This document shows positions 1 to 10,533 of a stretch of 64,000 bases of DNA, in pieces. This stretch comes from Rebecca billardiae RCC1528. Lineage: Eukaryota; Protista; Haptophyta. The stretch is taken from NCBI GenBank assembly GCA_965240325.2, contig OZ251238.1, positions 1,178,001 through 1,242,000 on the forward strand, given 5' to 3'. Numbering within the stretch: position 1 is the first letter of the stretch; every line of letters starts with the position of its first letter. Under the pieces are notes generated by a model. It was given only the letters and a program-made list of their open reading frames with translations, searched no databases and had not been told where the DNA came from. The position numbers were made by a program, and so were the translations under genes.

Positions 1-249
1 TACGACGACCTGCGCGCGACGGGGCTGGGCGCGAGCCTCGCGCACTGCATGCTGAGCAACGGCCCGCGCGCGCGCCGCCGCGCCGCGCCGCGCGCCGACG
101 GCGAGGGCGCGCCGGCGCCGCGCAGCGACGGCGGCGGCGGGAGCGGCGGCGGCGGGCTCGGCGGTTGGCTGGAGCGCGCGCAGCGGCTGACGCGGACGCA
201 CCCGCCCTTCGAGGTGCGCATCGCGTCGCTGCGCGCGGCCGGGCGCTGA
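1..249 (+). CDS. 3' end of a probable M48 (HtpX/Oma1/Ste24-like) metallopeptidase, 5'-truncated by the window edge
   Basis: Frame 1 is open from base 1 to TGA at 247-249 and ends LTRTHPPFEVRIASL, matching the C-terminal THP-x4-RI-xx-L motif of M48 peptidases. The HExxH motif is not in the window. Confidence 0.5.
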   Translation, partial: YDDLRATGLGASLAHCMLSNGPRARRRAAPRADGEGAPAPRSDGGGGSGGGGLGGWLERAQRLTRTHPPFEVRIASLRAAGR

Positions 250-1047
250 CGGCGCGCAGCCGCCGCGCGCGCGCGCGCGCATCAGCGCTTGCCGAGCCTG
301 CCGACGGCCGTGTACTACCCGGTCTGCCGTGCTGCCAGGGTGTGCTTGGCCCCCGCGGTGCGCCCGGCCAGGTTCGGGCTACTTCCAGTATTGCCTACTG
401 CCATCAGCAGTGTCATGACAGACATGAGCTGCCACCCGTCGCGCCAATTACTGAAACATATACGGTCAGACGAATTCGTGATGAAATAATATTCACAGCA
501 ACGATTTCTTTTTTAAAGCGGCCGTTAAGGAAACTCCAACAAATTGATTTTCGGCCGTTAACGGCTGAATCTGGTGGTCCGGGCCAAATCCCGAGAGCGT
601 TCGTCCGCTCGGCGTCGCACGGACGCCGTCGGAGGGCTTGGCGGCCGACGTTCGACTCGCGGTGCGCGCGTGCGCCGTGCGTGCGCGTGTGGCGGCGTCC
701 ACGTCGCCGCTGCGCCACCGGTGCTCTAATCGCGAGTGTTCCCCAACCTATCCCCCGCCTGCCCCGCACCCGCTCCGCGTCCCGACGCGCCACGCCGATC
801 TACTTTGCTAGGTCTGTTCGTGACACGGTGCGAATTCGCGCCCGCCCGCACGCCGCCGCGCGCGGGGATGCAGGAAGTGTATGGAGGGGCGCGGAGTTGT
901 TATTCAGGCGGCGGGTTACTCGTGATGCACGCACATGCGCAGCGGGAACGCTTACTTTTGCATGGGTGACCGGGAATTTGCATCAGACTAACTTGCGGCG
1001 GCTACGGCCGGCCCGGCCGCGCCGCACCGCGCTCGCCGCGCGCAGCA

Positions 1048-3950
1048 ATGACGACGGCTGTGCTCACCGTGGGCAAGGGCAAGCGTTCCTGCGCGAAGCC
1101 TAGGAAGTCCAAGCTGTATCGCAAAGGTGCCTAACGCATCGGGCGCCAGGTCTCTGCCGCATCTGCGCGGCTGCGCATGGCCGCGGCGCTGCCGCACGAG
1201 ATGCTCAAGCTGTCAGCGCGCGCGAGGCGGGGAGCGAGGTGGACCACTCGATCATGCCGAACGAGAACTACCCGGCGGAGGTCAAGCGCAGCGTCAACAG
1301 CCTCGTCGCCATCAAGGCCGAGCGGAAGAAGAACAACCTGCTGCGTGTAGCCAAGCTGCTGCTCTTCAAGTGAGACGCGCTCGGGCTTGCCTGCCTTCAC
1401 TCGCTCGACGACGAGGGCGTCGTGCACTAGGCGCGCGAGAAGGACCGCACACTGCGCATCGTGGGCTCGCGCCAGCCCGAGAGATCTCGACGTGGCTCAA
1501 CCTGGGCATGCGCCACCCGATCCCGCCGCCGGTGGCTGGCTCACGTGAGAGCGCGCTGCGCAATCGCGAGCACGCGGGCGCGGGCGTGATGATGATCGGC
1601 AGCGAGTCGGCGGCGCGGCCGTGGGCGCAGGCCGTGGGCGCCGTGCTGGACCGCTTGGAGCGCTACGGCAAGTCCGCGCGCCCGCGCGGGCAGCCGCATG
1701 TCCTCCTCCTCTCGGCGGACACGGGCCAAACGCAGCGCACTCGCGCTCGGCCACGATCGCCATCGTGCGCAACGATGAGGGTGTTGCGCTCGCGTCGTCG
1801 GAGGCGATCGCCATCTCGGAGCGGCCGGACTCGGACATGCCCGAGCTATGGAGTGCGCACGCCGACGGGATCAATGACGTGCTCCGGAGCGGCCGGCTCC
1901 CACCGCGACCGGCGCCGCCAGCTGCCGCCGCTGCACGTGGCCAGCGCGGCAGGGCGGCGCGGCTGGCGGCGCGGCAGGCGGCGCGGCCGGCGACGCGGCC
2001 GGCGGCGCGGCCGGCGGCAGCGGCGGCAGCGGCAGCGGCAGCGGTAGCGGCGTAGCTGGCGGTGCCGCCGGCGCTGGAGTCCGCGCGGCCGGTGGCGTGG
2101 TCGGCGGCGCGGCCGGCGGCGCGGCGGGCGGCGCGGCTGGCAACGCGGGCGCGTCCGCGGGCACGGGCGGCGGCGCGGCCGGCGCGAGCGGCAGCGGCAG
2201 CGGCGTGGCTGGCGGCACAGTCGGCGCTGGCGTCCGTGCGGCCGGTGGCGCGGCCGGTGGCGCGGCCAGCGGCGCGGCTGACAGCGCGGGCGGTGGCGCG
2301 GCCGGCGGCGGCACTGCCGGCGGCGGCGCGGCCGGCGGCGGCACGGCCGCGCGCGGCCGGCGCGGCCGGCAGCAGCGGCGGCGGCGGCAGCTGCAGCGAC
2401 AGCGGCGTGGCTGGCGGCACAGCCGGCGTTGGCGTCCGCGCGGCCGGTGGCGCGGCCTGCGGCGTGGCCGGCGGCGCGGCTGACAGCGCGGGCGATGGCG
2501 CGCCCGGTGGCGGCGCGCCCGACGGCGGCACGCCCGACAACTGCGCGCCAGGCGGCGGTGCGCCCGGCGACGGGGCCGGACGCGGCCGGCGGCGCGGCTG
2601 GCAACGCGGGCGCGGGTGCTGGCGGCGGCGCGGGCCGCGCGGGCGGCAGCTGCAGTGGCGTGGCTGGCGGCACAGCTGGCGTTGGCGTCCGCGCGGCTGG
2701 AGGCGCGGCCGGAGGTGCTGCCGGCGGCGCGGACAGCGGCGCGGCTGACAGCGCTGGCGATCGCGCGGCCGGCGGCGGCGCGGCCGGCGGTGGCGCGGCC
2801 GGCGGCTGCGCGGCCGGTACGGGCGGCAGCAGCAGCACTGGTGGCAGCAGCAGCGGCAGCTGCGTGGCTGGCGGCACCGCTGGCGCTGGCGTCCGCGCGG
2901 CTGGTGGCGCGGCCGGCGGCGCGGCCGGCGGCGCGGCCGGCGGCGCGGCCGGGGGCGCGGCTGGCAACGCGGGCGCGGGCGCGGGCGGCGGCGTGGGCGG
3001 CGCGGCCGGCAGTGGCAGCGGCGTGGCTGGCGGCACAGCCGGTGCTGGCGTCCGCGCGGCCGGTGGCGCGGCATGTGGCGCGGCCAGCGGCGCGGCTGAC
3101 AGTGCGGGTGGTGGTGCGGCTGGTGGCGGCGCGGCCGGCGGCGGCGCGGCCGGCGGCGGCGCGCAGCAGCGCGGCCTCGGTGGCAGCACTGCCTCGGCAG
3201 GCGGCAGCGCGGCCGGCGGCGGTTTTGGCGGCGGCGCCGAGGCGGCCGACTACGCGGAGGAGCAGAAGGCCATCGTGGCGTACACCGGCGCTTACGTCAG
3301 GCTCGCCAGCCTCGCCGGCCAGGGCTCGCACAACGTCCCACCGCTCCGCTTCAACGTCTGGGCGGTCACGGAGGCGGGCGCAGACGGCGTCTCGCCTCAG
3401 GCGGCGGGGGCGCCTCGTGCAGCTCGCGGACGAGCAGGTGCAGGGGCATTTCGTGCAGGTGACCAAGCGTGCGATGCCGCTCGTGCACGCGCGCAAGTCA
3501 CTCAACTCATTCGTCCGCGAGTACGCCGAGGGGAAGAAGTCGACGGCGGAGCCGCACATCTCGACGGTCGCGCAGCTCGTGCGCCGCGTGTCGCTTGCGA
3601 CGTGGGCAGAGGAGTTCGGCGACAAGGTCAAGGTGCCGCGGCTCTGGCTGAAGAAGTACGCCAAGCGGCAGCGCGAATGGCAGCGCAGGGCGGAGACCGA
3701 CGCGATCGACCTGATCGCGGAGTGCATCACGGCGCGCAAGCTCCTGCGCGAGGAGGCTGGGCTTTCGGAGAAGGAGTTTTCGGCACTCAAGAGGCAAATT
3801 GATGGCGGCGCGCTCGGGCCGCTCGGTGACGGTGATTATTTACGGCGCGGATGTCGCGCGCGACGGCAGCGGGGCTGGGTAGCGGCAATCAGGCAGCTGA
3901 CGGTGCGGGCATGCAGGGGGGACCAGCCGCGCGCGCGCGCCGCCCTCTAG
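1048..3950 (+). pseudogene. Decayed protein-coding cargo of the TIR element (unknown protein with a central Gly/Ala-rich repeat)
   Basis: ATG at 1048. Protein-like, codon-biased segments (NENYPAEVKRSVNSLVAIKAERKKNNLLRVAKLLLFK; EISTWLNLGMRHP; ATIAIVRNDEGVALAS; DYAEEQKAIVAYTGAYVRL; HFVQVTKRAMPL...WLKKYAKRQREWQRR) are broken by in-frame TAA/TGA/TAG and several frameshifts. No DDE transposase motif recognised. Confidence 0.55.
1940..3240. repeat. GC-rich composite tandem repeat inside the TIR element
   Basis: About 6 imperfect copies of blocks such as GGCAGCGGCGTGGCTGGCGGCACAGCCGGCGTTGGCGTCCGCGCGGCCGGTGGCGCGGCC, mixed with GGCGCGGCCGGC units. Confidence 0.85.
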
Positions 3951-4092
3951 GGGCGCGCGCGCAGCGCATAGTAATTTTTCGAAAATTAATCTGGCCGCTG
4001 GACACGCTAACGGCCGCTTTAAAAAAGAAGTCGTTGCTGTGTTTACTGCTTTTACTTATGGCCCGCGGACGCGGTGCAGGGCGGAGCGCGTA

Positions 4093-4611
4093 CAGGCAAT
4101 CGCGGGCAATAAGAAGTCAGAGATCTCACGGCTAGCCTCGGTTTCTTCGCCGTTCGGTAGCCCGAGCGCCTACGGAGTCTCAGTTTCTTAGCTAGGTCCG
4201 CCCGCCGCGCAGGCGCGGGGGGCGCAGGGGGGCAGAGCCCCCCGCTGAGTCTTTAGGCCCGGCCGGCGAGGCCGAAGAAAATTTTGGGCCGCCTTTTTGG
4301 AGTAGCAAATCTGGCATGTTGTTGCATGGATGCTGCGGTGCACTGGCCAGGAGTCAGTCATCAGGAGAAGTCGGGACTTGGCCTGTGTACTCGTAGTCGG
4401 GCCGCGCGCCGCGTCCCCGACGGGCCGACTGGCGACTGCGCCTCGCCCTCGGCGGACCACTCGTCAGCCGGGACGACGTAGTCCCGGTTTCTTAGTGTGA
4501 CTATGCGTATAGCGAACCAGCCAATCGCTAGTCTCAGTTTCTAGGCCAGATCCGCAGATAGCAAGCCCCAGTTTCTTAACGTGACAGCTGCTTATTGCCC
4601 GCGATTGCCTG
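4093..4611. mobile_element. 519-bp MITE, Tc1/mariner-like
   Basis: Perfect 21-bp TIR CAGGCAATCGCGGGCAATAAG (4093-4113 / 4591-4611) with TA on both sides (4091-92, 4612-13). Internal repeats of a (C)(A/G)GTTTCT(T) motif at about 4140, 4180, 4485, 4535 and 4570. No ORF of note. Confidence 0.85.
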
Positions 4612-4732
4612 TAGCGTGGAGCCCCGCCGGGGGCCCTCACTACGTTGTCAAAAAGATCTTTTGATCAAAGAAAAGGGGACGGGGGACGATTTTTATTAGG
4701 GCTGTTGGAGGGTGAGTTTTCGATTGAGGGGT

Positions 4733-4757
4733 CGCACACAGCTCAGGCAGGCGAGAT
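4733..4757 (+). repeat. Dispersed repeat copy A (CGCACACAGCTCAGGCAGGCGAGAT), 60 bp upstream of the TPR-CHAT ATG
   Basis: 25-bp identity with the minus strand at 21723-21747; 22-bp identity with 61240-61261. Confidence 0.8.
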
Positions 4758-4816
4758 CCAACGCTTTTGTGCGACGACGACGTGGGGACGGACGTGGCCG
4801 AGGATCCCGCGCAGCG

Positions 4817-7800
4817 ATGGATGACAGGCAGGGCGAATGCGACCGTGTGGGTGGCCTAGGCCGTCAGTGCCTCAGCCTCGGTCAGTACGAGCGCGCCATC
4901 GAGCACTGCACGCAGGAGCTCGCCATCAGCCGCGAGATCGGCGACCGGGAGTCCGAGGTCCTTGCCCTTTGCACCCTCGGCGACGCGAACGCCTACCTCG
5001 GACAGCACGAGCGCGGCATCGAGCACCTCACGCAAGCGCTCACTATCAGCCGCGAGATCGGCGACCGGCGCGACGAGGTCATGGCCCTCGGCACCCTCGG
5101 CAAGGTGCTTGCCCGCCTCGGGCAACACGAGCGCGGCATCGAGCACCTCACGCAAGCGCTCACCACCAGCCGCGAGATCGGCGACCGGCAAGACGAGTTG
5201 AATGCCCTCGGCACCCTCGGCGAGGTGTACGTCCGCCTCGGGCAGCACGAGCGCAGCATCGAGCACTACACGCAGGCGCTGGCCATCAGCCGCGAGATCG
5301 GCGACCAGCAGGCCGAGGGCCTTGCCCTCGCCACCCTCGGCAACGTGCACATTACCCTCGGGCAGCACGAGGGCACCATCGAGCACTGCACGCAGGCGCT
5401 CGCCATCAGTCGCGAGATCGGCGACCGGCGAGTTGAGGGCCTTGCCCTCTGCGACCTCGGCGGCGCGTACATCAGCATCGGGCAGCACGAGCGCGCCATC
5501 GAGCACTACGCGCAGGCGCTCGCCATCATCAGCCGCGAGATCGGTGACCGGCGGGTTGAGTGCGGTGTCCTCGCCAACCTCGGCGGCGCGTACATCGGCC
5601 TCGCGCGGCACGAGCGCGCCATCGAGCACTGCACGCAGGCGCTCGCCATCAGCCGCGAGATCGGCGACCGGCGAGTTGAGGGCCTTGCCCTCTGCAACCT
5701 CGGCGGCGCGTACTTCGGCCTCGCGCAGCACGAGCGCGTCATCGAGCACTGCACGCAGGCGCTCGCCATCAGCCGCGAGATCGGCGACCGGAAGTCCGAG
5801 GTCCTTGCCCTTTGCACCCTCTGCAGGGCGTACATCAACCTCGGGCAGGACGAGCGCGCCATGGAGCACTGCACGCAGGCGCTCACTATCAGCCTCGAGA
5901 TCGATGACCGGAGAGGTGAGGGCAATGCCATCAGCACCCTCGGCGCCATGCATTGCAGGCTCGGTCAGTACGAGCGCGCCATCGAGCACCACACGCAGGC
6001 GCTCATCATTTTCCGCGAGATCGGCGACCGGCGATCTGAGGGCGGTGCCCTTGGCAGCCTCGGCTTTGTGTATGACAACCTCGGTCAGTACGAGCGCGCC
6101 ATCGAGCACTTCATGCAGGGGCTTGCCATTAGCCGCGAGATCGGCGACCAGCTTCAGGTGTGCAGCCACCTCCTCAACCTTGGTCATGCGAGTGACAGCC
6201 TCGGGCTGCACGAGCGCGCCATCGAGCACCACACGCAGGCGCTCGACGTGTATGACCAACTTTGGCGCCATCTGAGCTCAGACGAGCAGCGCGTGTCGTT
6301 TGGAGATTCCATCCTCCCTGTGCGCGTTGCATCTGAGCTGCAGCTGGTCCTGCTCAAGCTCGGTCGCCATCTCGAGGCGCTTGAGGTTGTGGAGCGCAGC
6401 CGCGCGAGCTCGCTCGAGCTTCTACTTGCACAGCAACACGTGCAGCATGGCGCGCACACCGATTCACCAGCGCACACAGCGACGCCAGTACCGTCGTGGG
6501 AGCAGATGCGCGAGTACGCGGTGGCGCATGGCGCGTGTCTGCTCGTCTACTCGCAGGTGAAGCCCAACCGTGTGCTTGTTTGGGCGGTGATGCCGGACGC
6601 GACGCGTGAGCCGCTCTTCTGTGACCATGAACTCAGCGAGACATCGCTCGCCACACTTGTCGAGGAGACTCGACAGGCGCTTGGGCTCGAGCGGCGGCTC
6701 GCGCGCGCTCCTCTCCGCGCGCCAGCCACCACGTCCATGCGCGAGGTGCACGTCGACTTTGACGTGCACGACCTGCCGATTGCTGCCGATGGCGATACCT
6801 ATGGCTGCCTTTCCTCCGACGAAAACAGTGACGGCTCGTTGGACGACAGCGCGCTGTCGACTGCCCCTTGCACGCGCAGCTCGATGTGCAATCACCGCCG
6901 CCGCCGCGGCTCCACGTGTGCAGGCGCTCGAGGGGCGACGCAGCGCACCAAGCGCAGCCGGGAGGAGCAGGAGGCAGAGGCAGAGACCACCGCTCGCAGG
7001 CTGCTCCACCGCTGCTACGCGCTGCTCATCGAGCCAATGGCGGACGCGCTCCACGGATGCACCAAGCTGATCGTGCTGCCAGACCACCAGCTGCACGCGC
7101 TGCCATTCGCCGCACTGCTCGACAGCGAGAACGGCGAGGGTCGCCACCTGATCGAGCGGCACGCGCTGAGCATTGCCCCCTCGGTAGGGTCGCTGCTGCA
7201 GCTCGACGCGCGCCCAGTGCTGCCACTGCCAGCAGAGCTCGGCGGCGCAGTGCCAGCGCTCATCGTGGGCGTGAGCGACTACTCGGCATGCGTTGTGCCA
7301 TCGAAGCTCCTGCACGAGGAGGATCTGGCGAACGCGCAAGAGGATGCGTGTCGCGAGCACCCGAGGTGGTGCCGCTGGCTGGAGGTGCAGGCGCACGAGG
7401 GCAGCCGGCGGGTCGGACTCGACGAGGTGAGCCCAGCCGAGCGCAGGGCCATCGCCAAGCTGCTGGCGGTGGGTGACGTGGTGGGCGAGCAGCTTTGCCA
7501 TCTCGATGGTGCCAAAGCTGAAGCGGTGAGTACTGCGATGATCCTCGTGTCCACCAGGGTTATCAGCCCCGAATATCTGCTCGACTCGCAGGCGACGCGG
7601 ATGGAAGTCATGCGCCAGGCAGTCGGCGCGCGCGTGCTGCACATTGCGAGCCACGGCTCGCCGACAGGCCTTCACCTGGGCGACACAGCAGCCGCCACCG
7701 CCGCCGACCGGGAGCTGACTCTAGCTCATGTGGAGACGCTCGACCTGGGAGCTGCGGAGCTCGCTGTGCTCAGCGGATGCGACACGTTCCAGGGCGACAC

Positions 7801-8092
7801 GAGCACGGACGGGCTGATCGGCATCGCACGCACCTTCCTCTCCAGGGGCTGCCGCGCTCTTGTGGCCTCGCTGTGGGGGGTCAACGACGCCGAAACGCCC
7901 AAGTTGATGGACGCCTTTTACAGGCACCTCACACGCAGCTCGTCGCCGCAGCTTGCCATAGGCGACCCTGCTGAGGCGCTGCGTGCGGCGATGTGCGAGA
8001 GGCTTGAGCGCCACCGCGGCAAGATGCGCCGTGTGCGATTGTGGGCGCCGTTCGTCGTCTTCGGCGCGCCCGCCATACAGCCGCTGCACTGA
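4817..8092 (+). CDS. TPR-repeat + CHAT-domain (caspase-hemoglobinase fold) protease, TTC28-like architecture, 1091 aa, intronless
   Basis: Twelve 40-aa TPR units (LGQHERAIEHxTQALAISREIGDR), then CHAT motifs LIVLPDHQLHALPFAAL, VLHIASHG (His codon 7652), LAVLSGCDT (Cys codon 7778), VASLWGVND and WAPFVVFG. First ATG at 4817. Confidence 0.93.
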   Translation: MDDRQGECDRVGGLGRQCLSLGQYERAIEHCTQELAISREIGDRESEVLALCTLGDANAYLGQHERGIEHLTQALTISREIGDRRDEVMALGTLGKVLARLGQHERGIEHLTQALTTSREIGDRQDELNALGTLGEVYVRLGQHERSIEHYTQALAISREIGDQQAEGLALATLGNVHITLGQHEGTIEHCTQALAISREIGDRRVEGLALCDLGGAYISIGQHERAIEHYAQALAIISREIGDRRVECGVLANLGGAYIGLARHERAIEHCTQALAISREIGDRRVEGLALCNLGGAYFGLAQHERVIEHCTQALAISREIGDRKSEVLALCTLCRAYINLGQDERAMEHCTQALTISLEIDDRRGEGNAISTLGAMHCRLGQYERAIEHHTQALIIFREIGDRRSEGGALGSLGFVYDNLGQYERAIEHFMQGLAISREIGDQLQVCSHLLNLGHASDSLGLHERAIEHHTQALDVYDQLWRHLSSDEQRVSFGDSILPVRVASELQLVLLKLGRHLEALEVVERSRASSLELLLAQQHVQHGAHTDSPAHTATPVPSWEQMREYAVAHGACLLVYSQVKPNRVLVWAVMPDATREPLFCDHELSETSLATLVEETRQALGLERRLARAPLRAPATTSMREVHVDFDVHDLPIAADGDTYGCLSSDENSDGSLDDSALSTAPCTRSSMCNHRRRRGSTCAGARGATQRTKRSREEQEAEAETTARRLLHRCYALLIEPMADALHGCTKLIVLPDHQLHALPFAALLDSENGEGRHLIERHALSIAPSVGSLLQLDARPVLPLPAELGGAVPALIVGVSDYSACVVPSKLLHEEDLANAQEDACREHPRWCRWLEVQAHEGSRRVGLDEVSPAERRAIAKLLAVGDVVGEQLCHLDGAKAEAVSTAMILVSTRVISPEYLLDSQATRMEVMRQAVGARVLHIASHGSPTGLHLGDTAAATAADRELTLAHVETLDLGAAELAVLSGCDTFQGDTSTDGLIGIARTFLSRGCRALVASLWGVNDAETPKLMDAFYRHLTRSSSPQLAIGDPAEALRAAMCERLERHRGKMRRVRLWAPFVVFGAPAIQPLH
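4860..6270 (+). repeat. 120-bp coding tandem repeat (TPR array), 12 units
   Basis: The anchor CGCGAGATCGGCGACC (a few copies with substitutions) recurs at 4931, 5051, 5171, 5291, 5411, 5534 (3-bp insertion), 5654, 5774, 5894, 6014 and 6134. Confidence 0.95.
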
Positions 8093-8256
8093 CCGACTGC
8101 TGAGGACACTGACTACTCATCTTGGGACTGGGCGGCGGGCGCATATATATATCATATATCATGCGCGCGACTCATCATCAGTAGTGCATTCTTCGCGCTC
8201 GGCGGGCTCGGCGGGCTAAGACGGCGATGACGAGAGACGGAGCTGTGACGGGCAGG

Positions 8257-8564
8257 CTAGGCCGCCGCCGCCGGCTCGTGGTTCGCGGCGGCGTCGGCGG
8301 CCTCCCACGCCTCGAAGAGCTCCTCGACCCTCGCGTTCGCCTCGTCCAGCTCCGCCTGCAGCGTCGCCGCGGCCTCGTAGTCCGCGCCCGACTCCGCGAG
8401 CGCCGCCTCGAGCGCCGCGGCCGCGTCGGTCGCGCGCTCGAGCTCGCGCTCGAGTCGGCGCGCCTCCTTCTCCGCGGCGGCGCGCGCCTTGCGCGCGGCC
8501 TTGTCGGGGCGTGGCGCGGGCGCGGCCGAGCCGGGCGCGCGTGCGGCGCTGCCCGCCGCGAGGC

Positions 8565-8595
<31 letters not shown>

Positions 8596-9677
8596 CACGT
8601 CCGCGTCGGTGAGCGGGCGCTCCTCGGCGCGCACGGCGCCGCGCGCCACGTGCACGACGACCGTCGGCCGCAGTCGCCTCAGGAACGGGGTGTCGTGGGA
8701 GACGGCGACGATGGCGCCTTCGTACGCGTCGAGCGCGTCGAGCAGCACGTCGACCATCCCCACGTCCAGGTGGTTCGTCGGCTCGTCGAGCAGCAGCACG
8801 TTGTGGCTGCTCACCGCGAGCGTCGCCAGCGCAACTCTCGCCTTCTCGCCGCCAGACAGCTCGGCGACGCGCCGCCCGGCGGCGCGCGAACCGCTGAGGC
8901 CGAGCGCGCCGAGCGCGGCGTAGCCCTCCTCGTCGGAGGTGTGCACGTCGCGCTCGCGCGCGGCGGCCATCACGAGCTGCAGCGGGCTCGCCTCGCCGTC
9001 CAGGTCCTGCGCCAGATCCTGCGTGAACGTGCCCACCGCCACACCCGCGCCCACGCGCCGCGCGCCCGCCGCCAGGCCGAGCCTGCCGCCGAGCGCGGCC
9101 AGCACGGTCGATTTGCCCGCGCCGTTTGGCCCGACGATGGCGACGCGCTGGCCGCGGGTGACGGCGAGGTCGACGCGCTCGAGCAGCGGCGGGCGGCCGC
9201 GCGCGCACTCCCAGCCGAACGCCGCGCCCTCCAGCGCGAGCTGCTCCGCGGCGCTCGGCGGCGCGCGCCGCAGGACGAGCGAGCGCGCGCGCGCGCCGCC
9301 GCCGCCGGCGGGCGCGTCTGGCGGCGGCGCGGCGGGCGCGGAGGCGAGGAGGCGCGCGATCGCCTTCTTCTTCGACTCGGCGGCGGCCGCCTTGGTCGCC
9401 GTCGCGCCGAAGCGGTCGACGAACGCCTGCAGCCGCGCCACCTCCGCCGCCACCCGCTCGGCCTCCGCCGCGGCGCGCGCGGCGCGCGCCGCCCGCTCCT
9501 GCCGCCACTGCTCGGGCGTAACGGATTTGTAACTGTCAAGCCGGCCGTTGTGGAGCTCGGCGATGGAGTCGGTGGCGCGGCGGAGGAGGTCCTCGTCGTG
9601 CGAGACGAGGACGAGCGTGCCTGCGAACCCCTGCCCCACGCCCTGCCCACCACCACCGCCCCCACCGCCGCCGCCCC

Positions 9678-9708
<31 letters not shown>

Positions 9709-10533
9709 CAGGTAGCCTGCCAGCCACGCCTTAGCGGCCGCGTCCAGGTGGTTGGACGGTTCGTCGAGCAGCAGCAGGTCCGGCGCGGAGAGGAGGAGGC
9801 GGGCGAGGCCGATGCGCATGCGCCACCCGCCGGAGAAGTCCGCGCACCGCCGCCCCTCGTCCGCCGCGGAGAACCCCAGCCCGCGCAGCACCGCCGCCAC
9901 CGTTACTTCCGCCGTGTAACCGCCAGCCGCGTCGAACGCGCGCTCGGCGGCGGCGAGGCCGTCCGCTGCGCGCGCGGAGGTGTCGCCGCCGGCGACGGCG
10001 GCCTGCGCGGCGTCGAGCGCGGCGCGCGCGGCCTGGAGCGACTCCATCCGGCTCATCACCTCCTCCTTCACCGTCGCCGTCGAGCCCGTCACCGCCGTCT
10101 GCTCGAGGTAGCCGACGCGCAGCGACGGCGAGATTGCAATCTTGCCGCCGCGCACGGCGACCGTGTCCGCGTCGGCGGCGAACTGGGGCTCGTTGCGGAG
10201 GAGGGCGCGGAGCAGGGTGGACTTGCCGCAGCCGTTCACGCCGACCAGCCCCCACCGCTCGCCCACGCCCACGCGCCAGCTCGCGCCCTCGAGGAGATCG
10301 GAATCTCCCACCGAGACGGACGCGTCGTCCAATAGGACGGCGGCGCCGGCCGTCGGGTCGGCGGCGGAGGAGGCGCGCGGGCGCGCGCGGGCGAGCGCGC
10401 TCACGCCGAGGCGCGCGCGCCCGGCGGCGCACGGCGGCGCGCCCGCCGACGCCGCGCACGCCGCGCACGCGCCGAGCGCGACGAGGGCGACGGCGGCCTT
10501 GGCCTGATGACACGTCGTCGCGCCCATCACCAT
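8257..10533 (-). CDS. ABC-F subfamily ATPase (translation factor-like), probably plastid-targeted, ~758 aa
   Basis: Two NBDs: GVNGCGKS / FSGGW / LLLLDEPSNHLD and GPNGAGKS / LSGGEK / LLLDEPTNHLD. Helical linker, C-terminal coiled coil, no TM domain. The N-terminus has a hydrophobic stretch ending ASAGAP followed by an Arg/Ala/Ser-rich peptide. Start could be 10533 or 10527. Confidence 0.92.

Larger units (their letters stand above)
494..4041. mobile_element. TIR DNA transposon, probably CMC/EnSpm(CACTA)-like, apparently non-autonomous or decayed
   Basis: 34-bp TIRs: CACAGCAACGATTTCTTTTTTAAAGCGGCCGTTA (494-527) versus the reverse complement at 4008-4041, 1 mismatch. CAC...GTG termini, TT on both flanks (possible 2-bp TSD). 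Extra subterminal similarity between 541-553 and 3980-3992. Confidence 0.8.

Noticed and set aside
494-527. RAG/Transib recombination-signal-like end (CACAG)
   Set aside because: Only 5 of 7 heptamer bases match, there is no nonamer at 12/23 spacing, no 5-bp TSD and no RAG1-like ORF.
4817-8092. Bacterial contamination or a Craspase (type III-E) locus
   Set aside because: The gene is contiguous with intron-containing eukaryotic genes, with no cas7-11, csx30, csx31 or array nearby.
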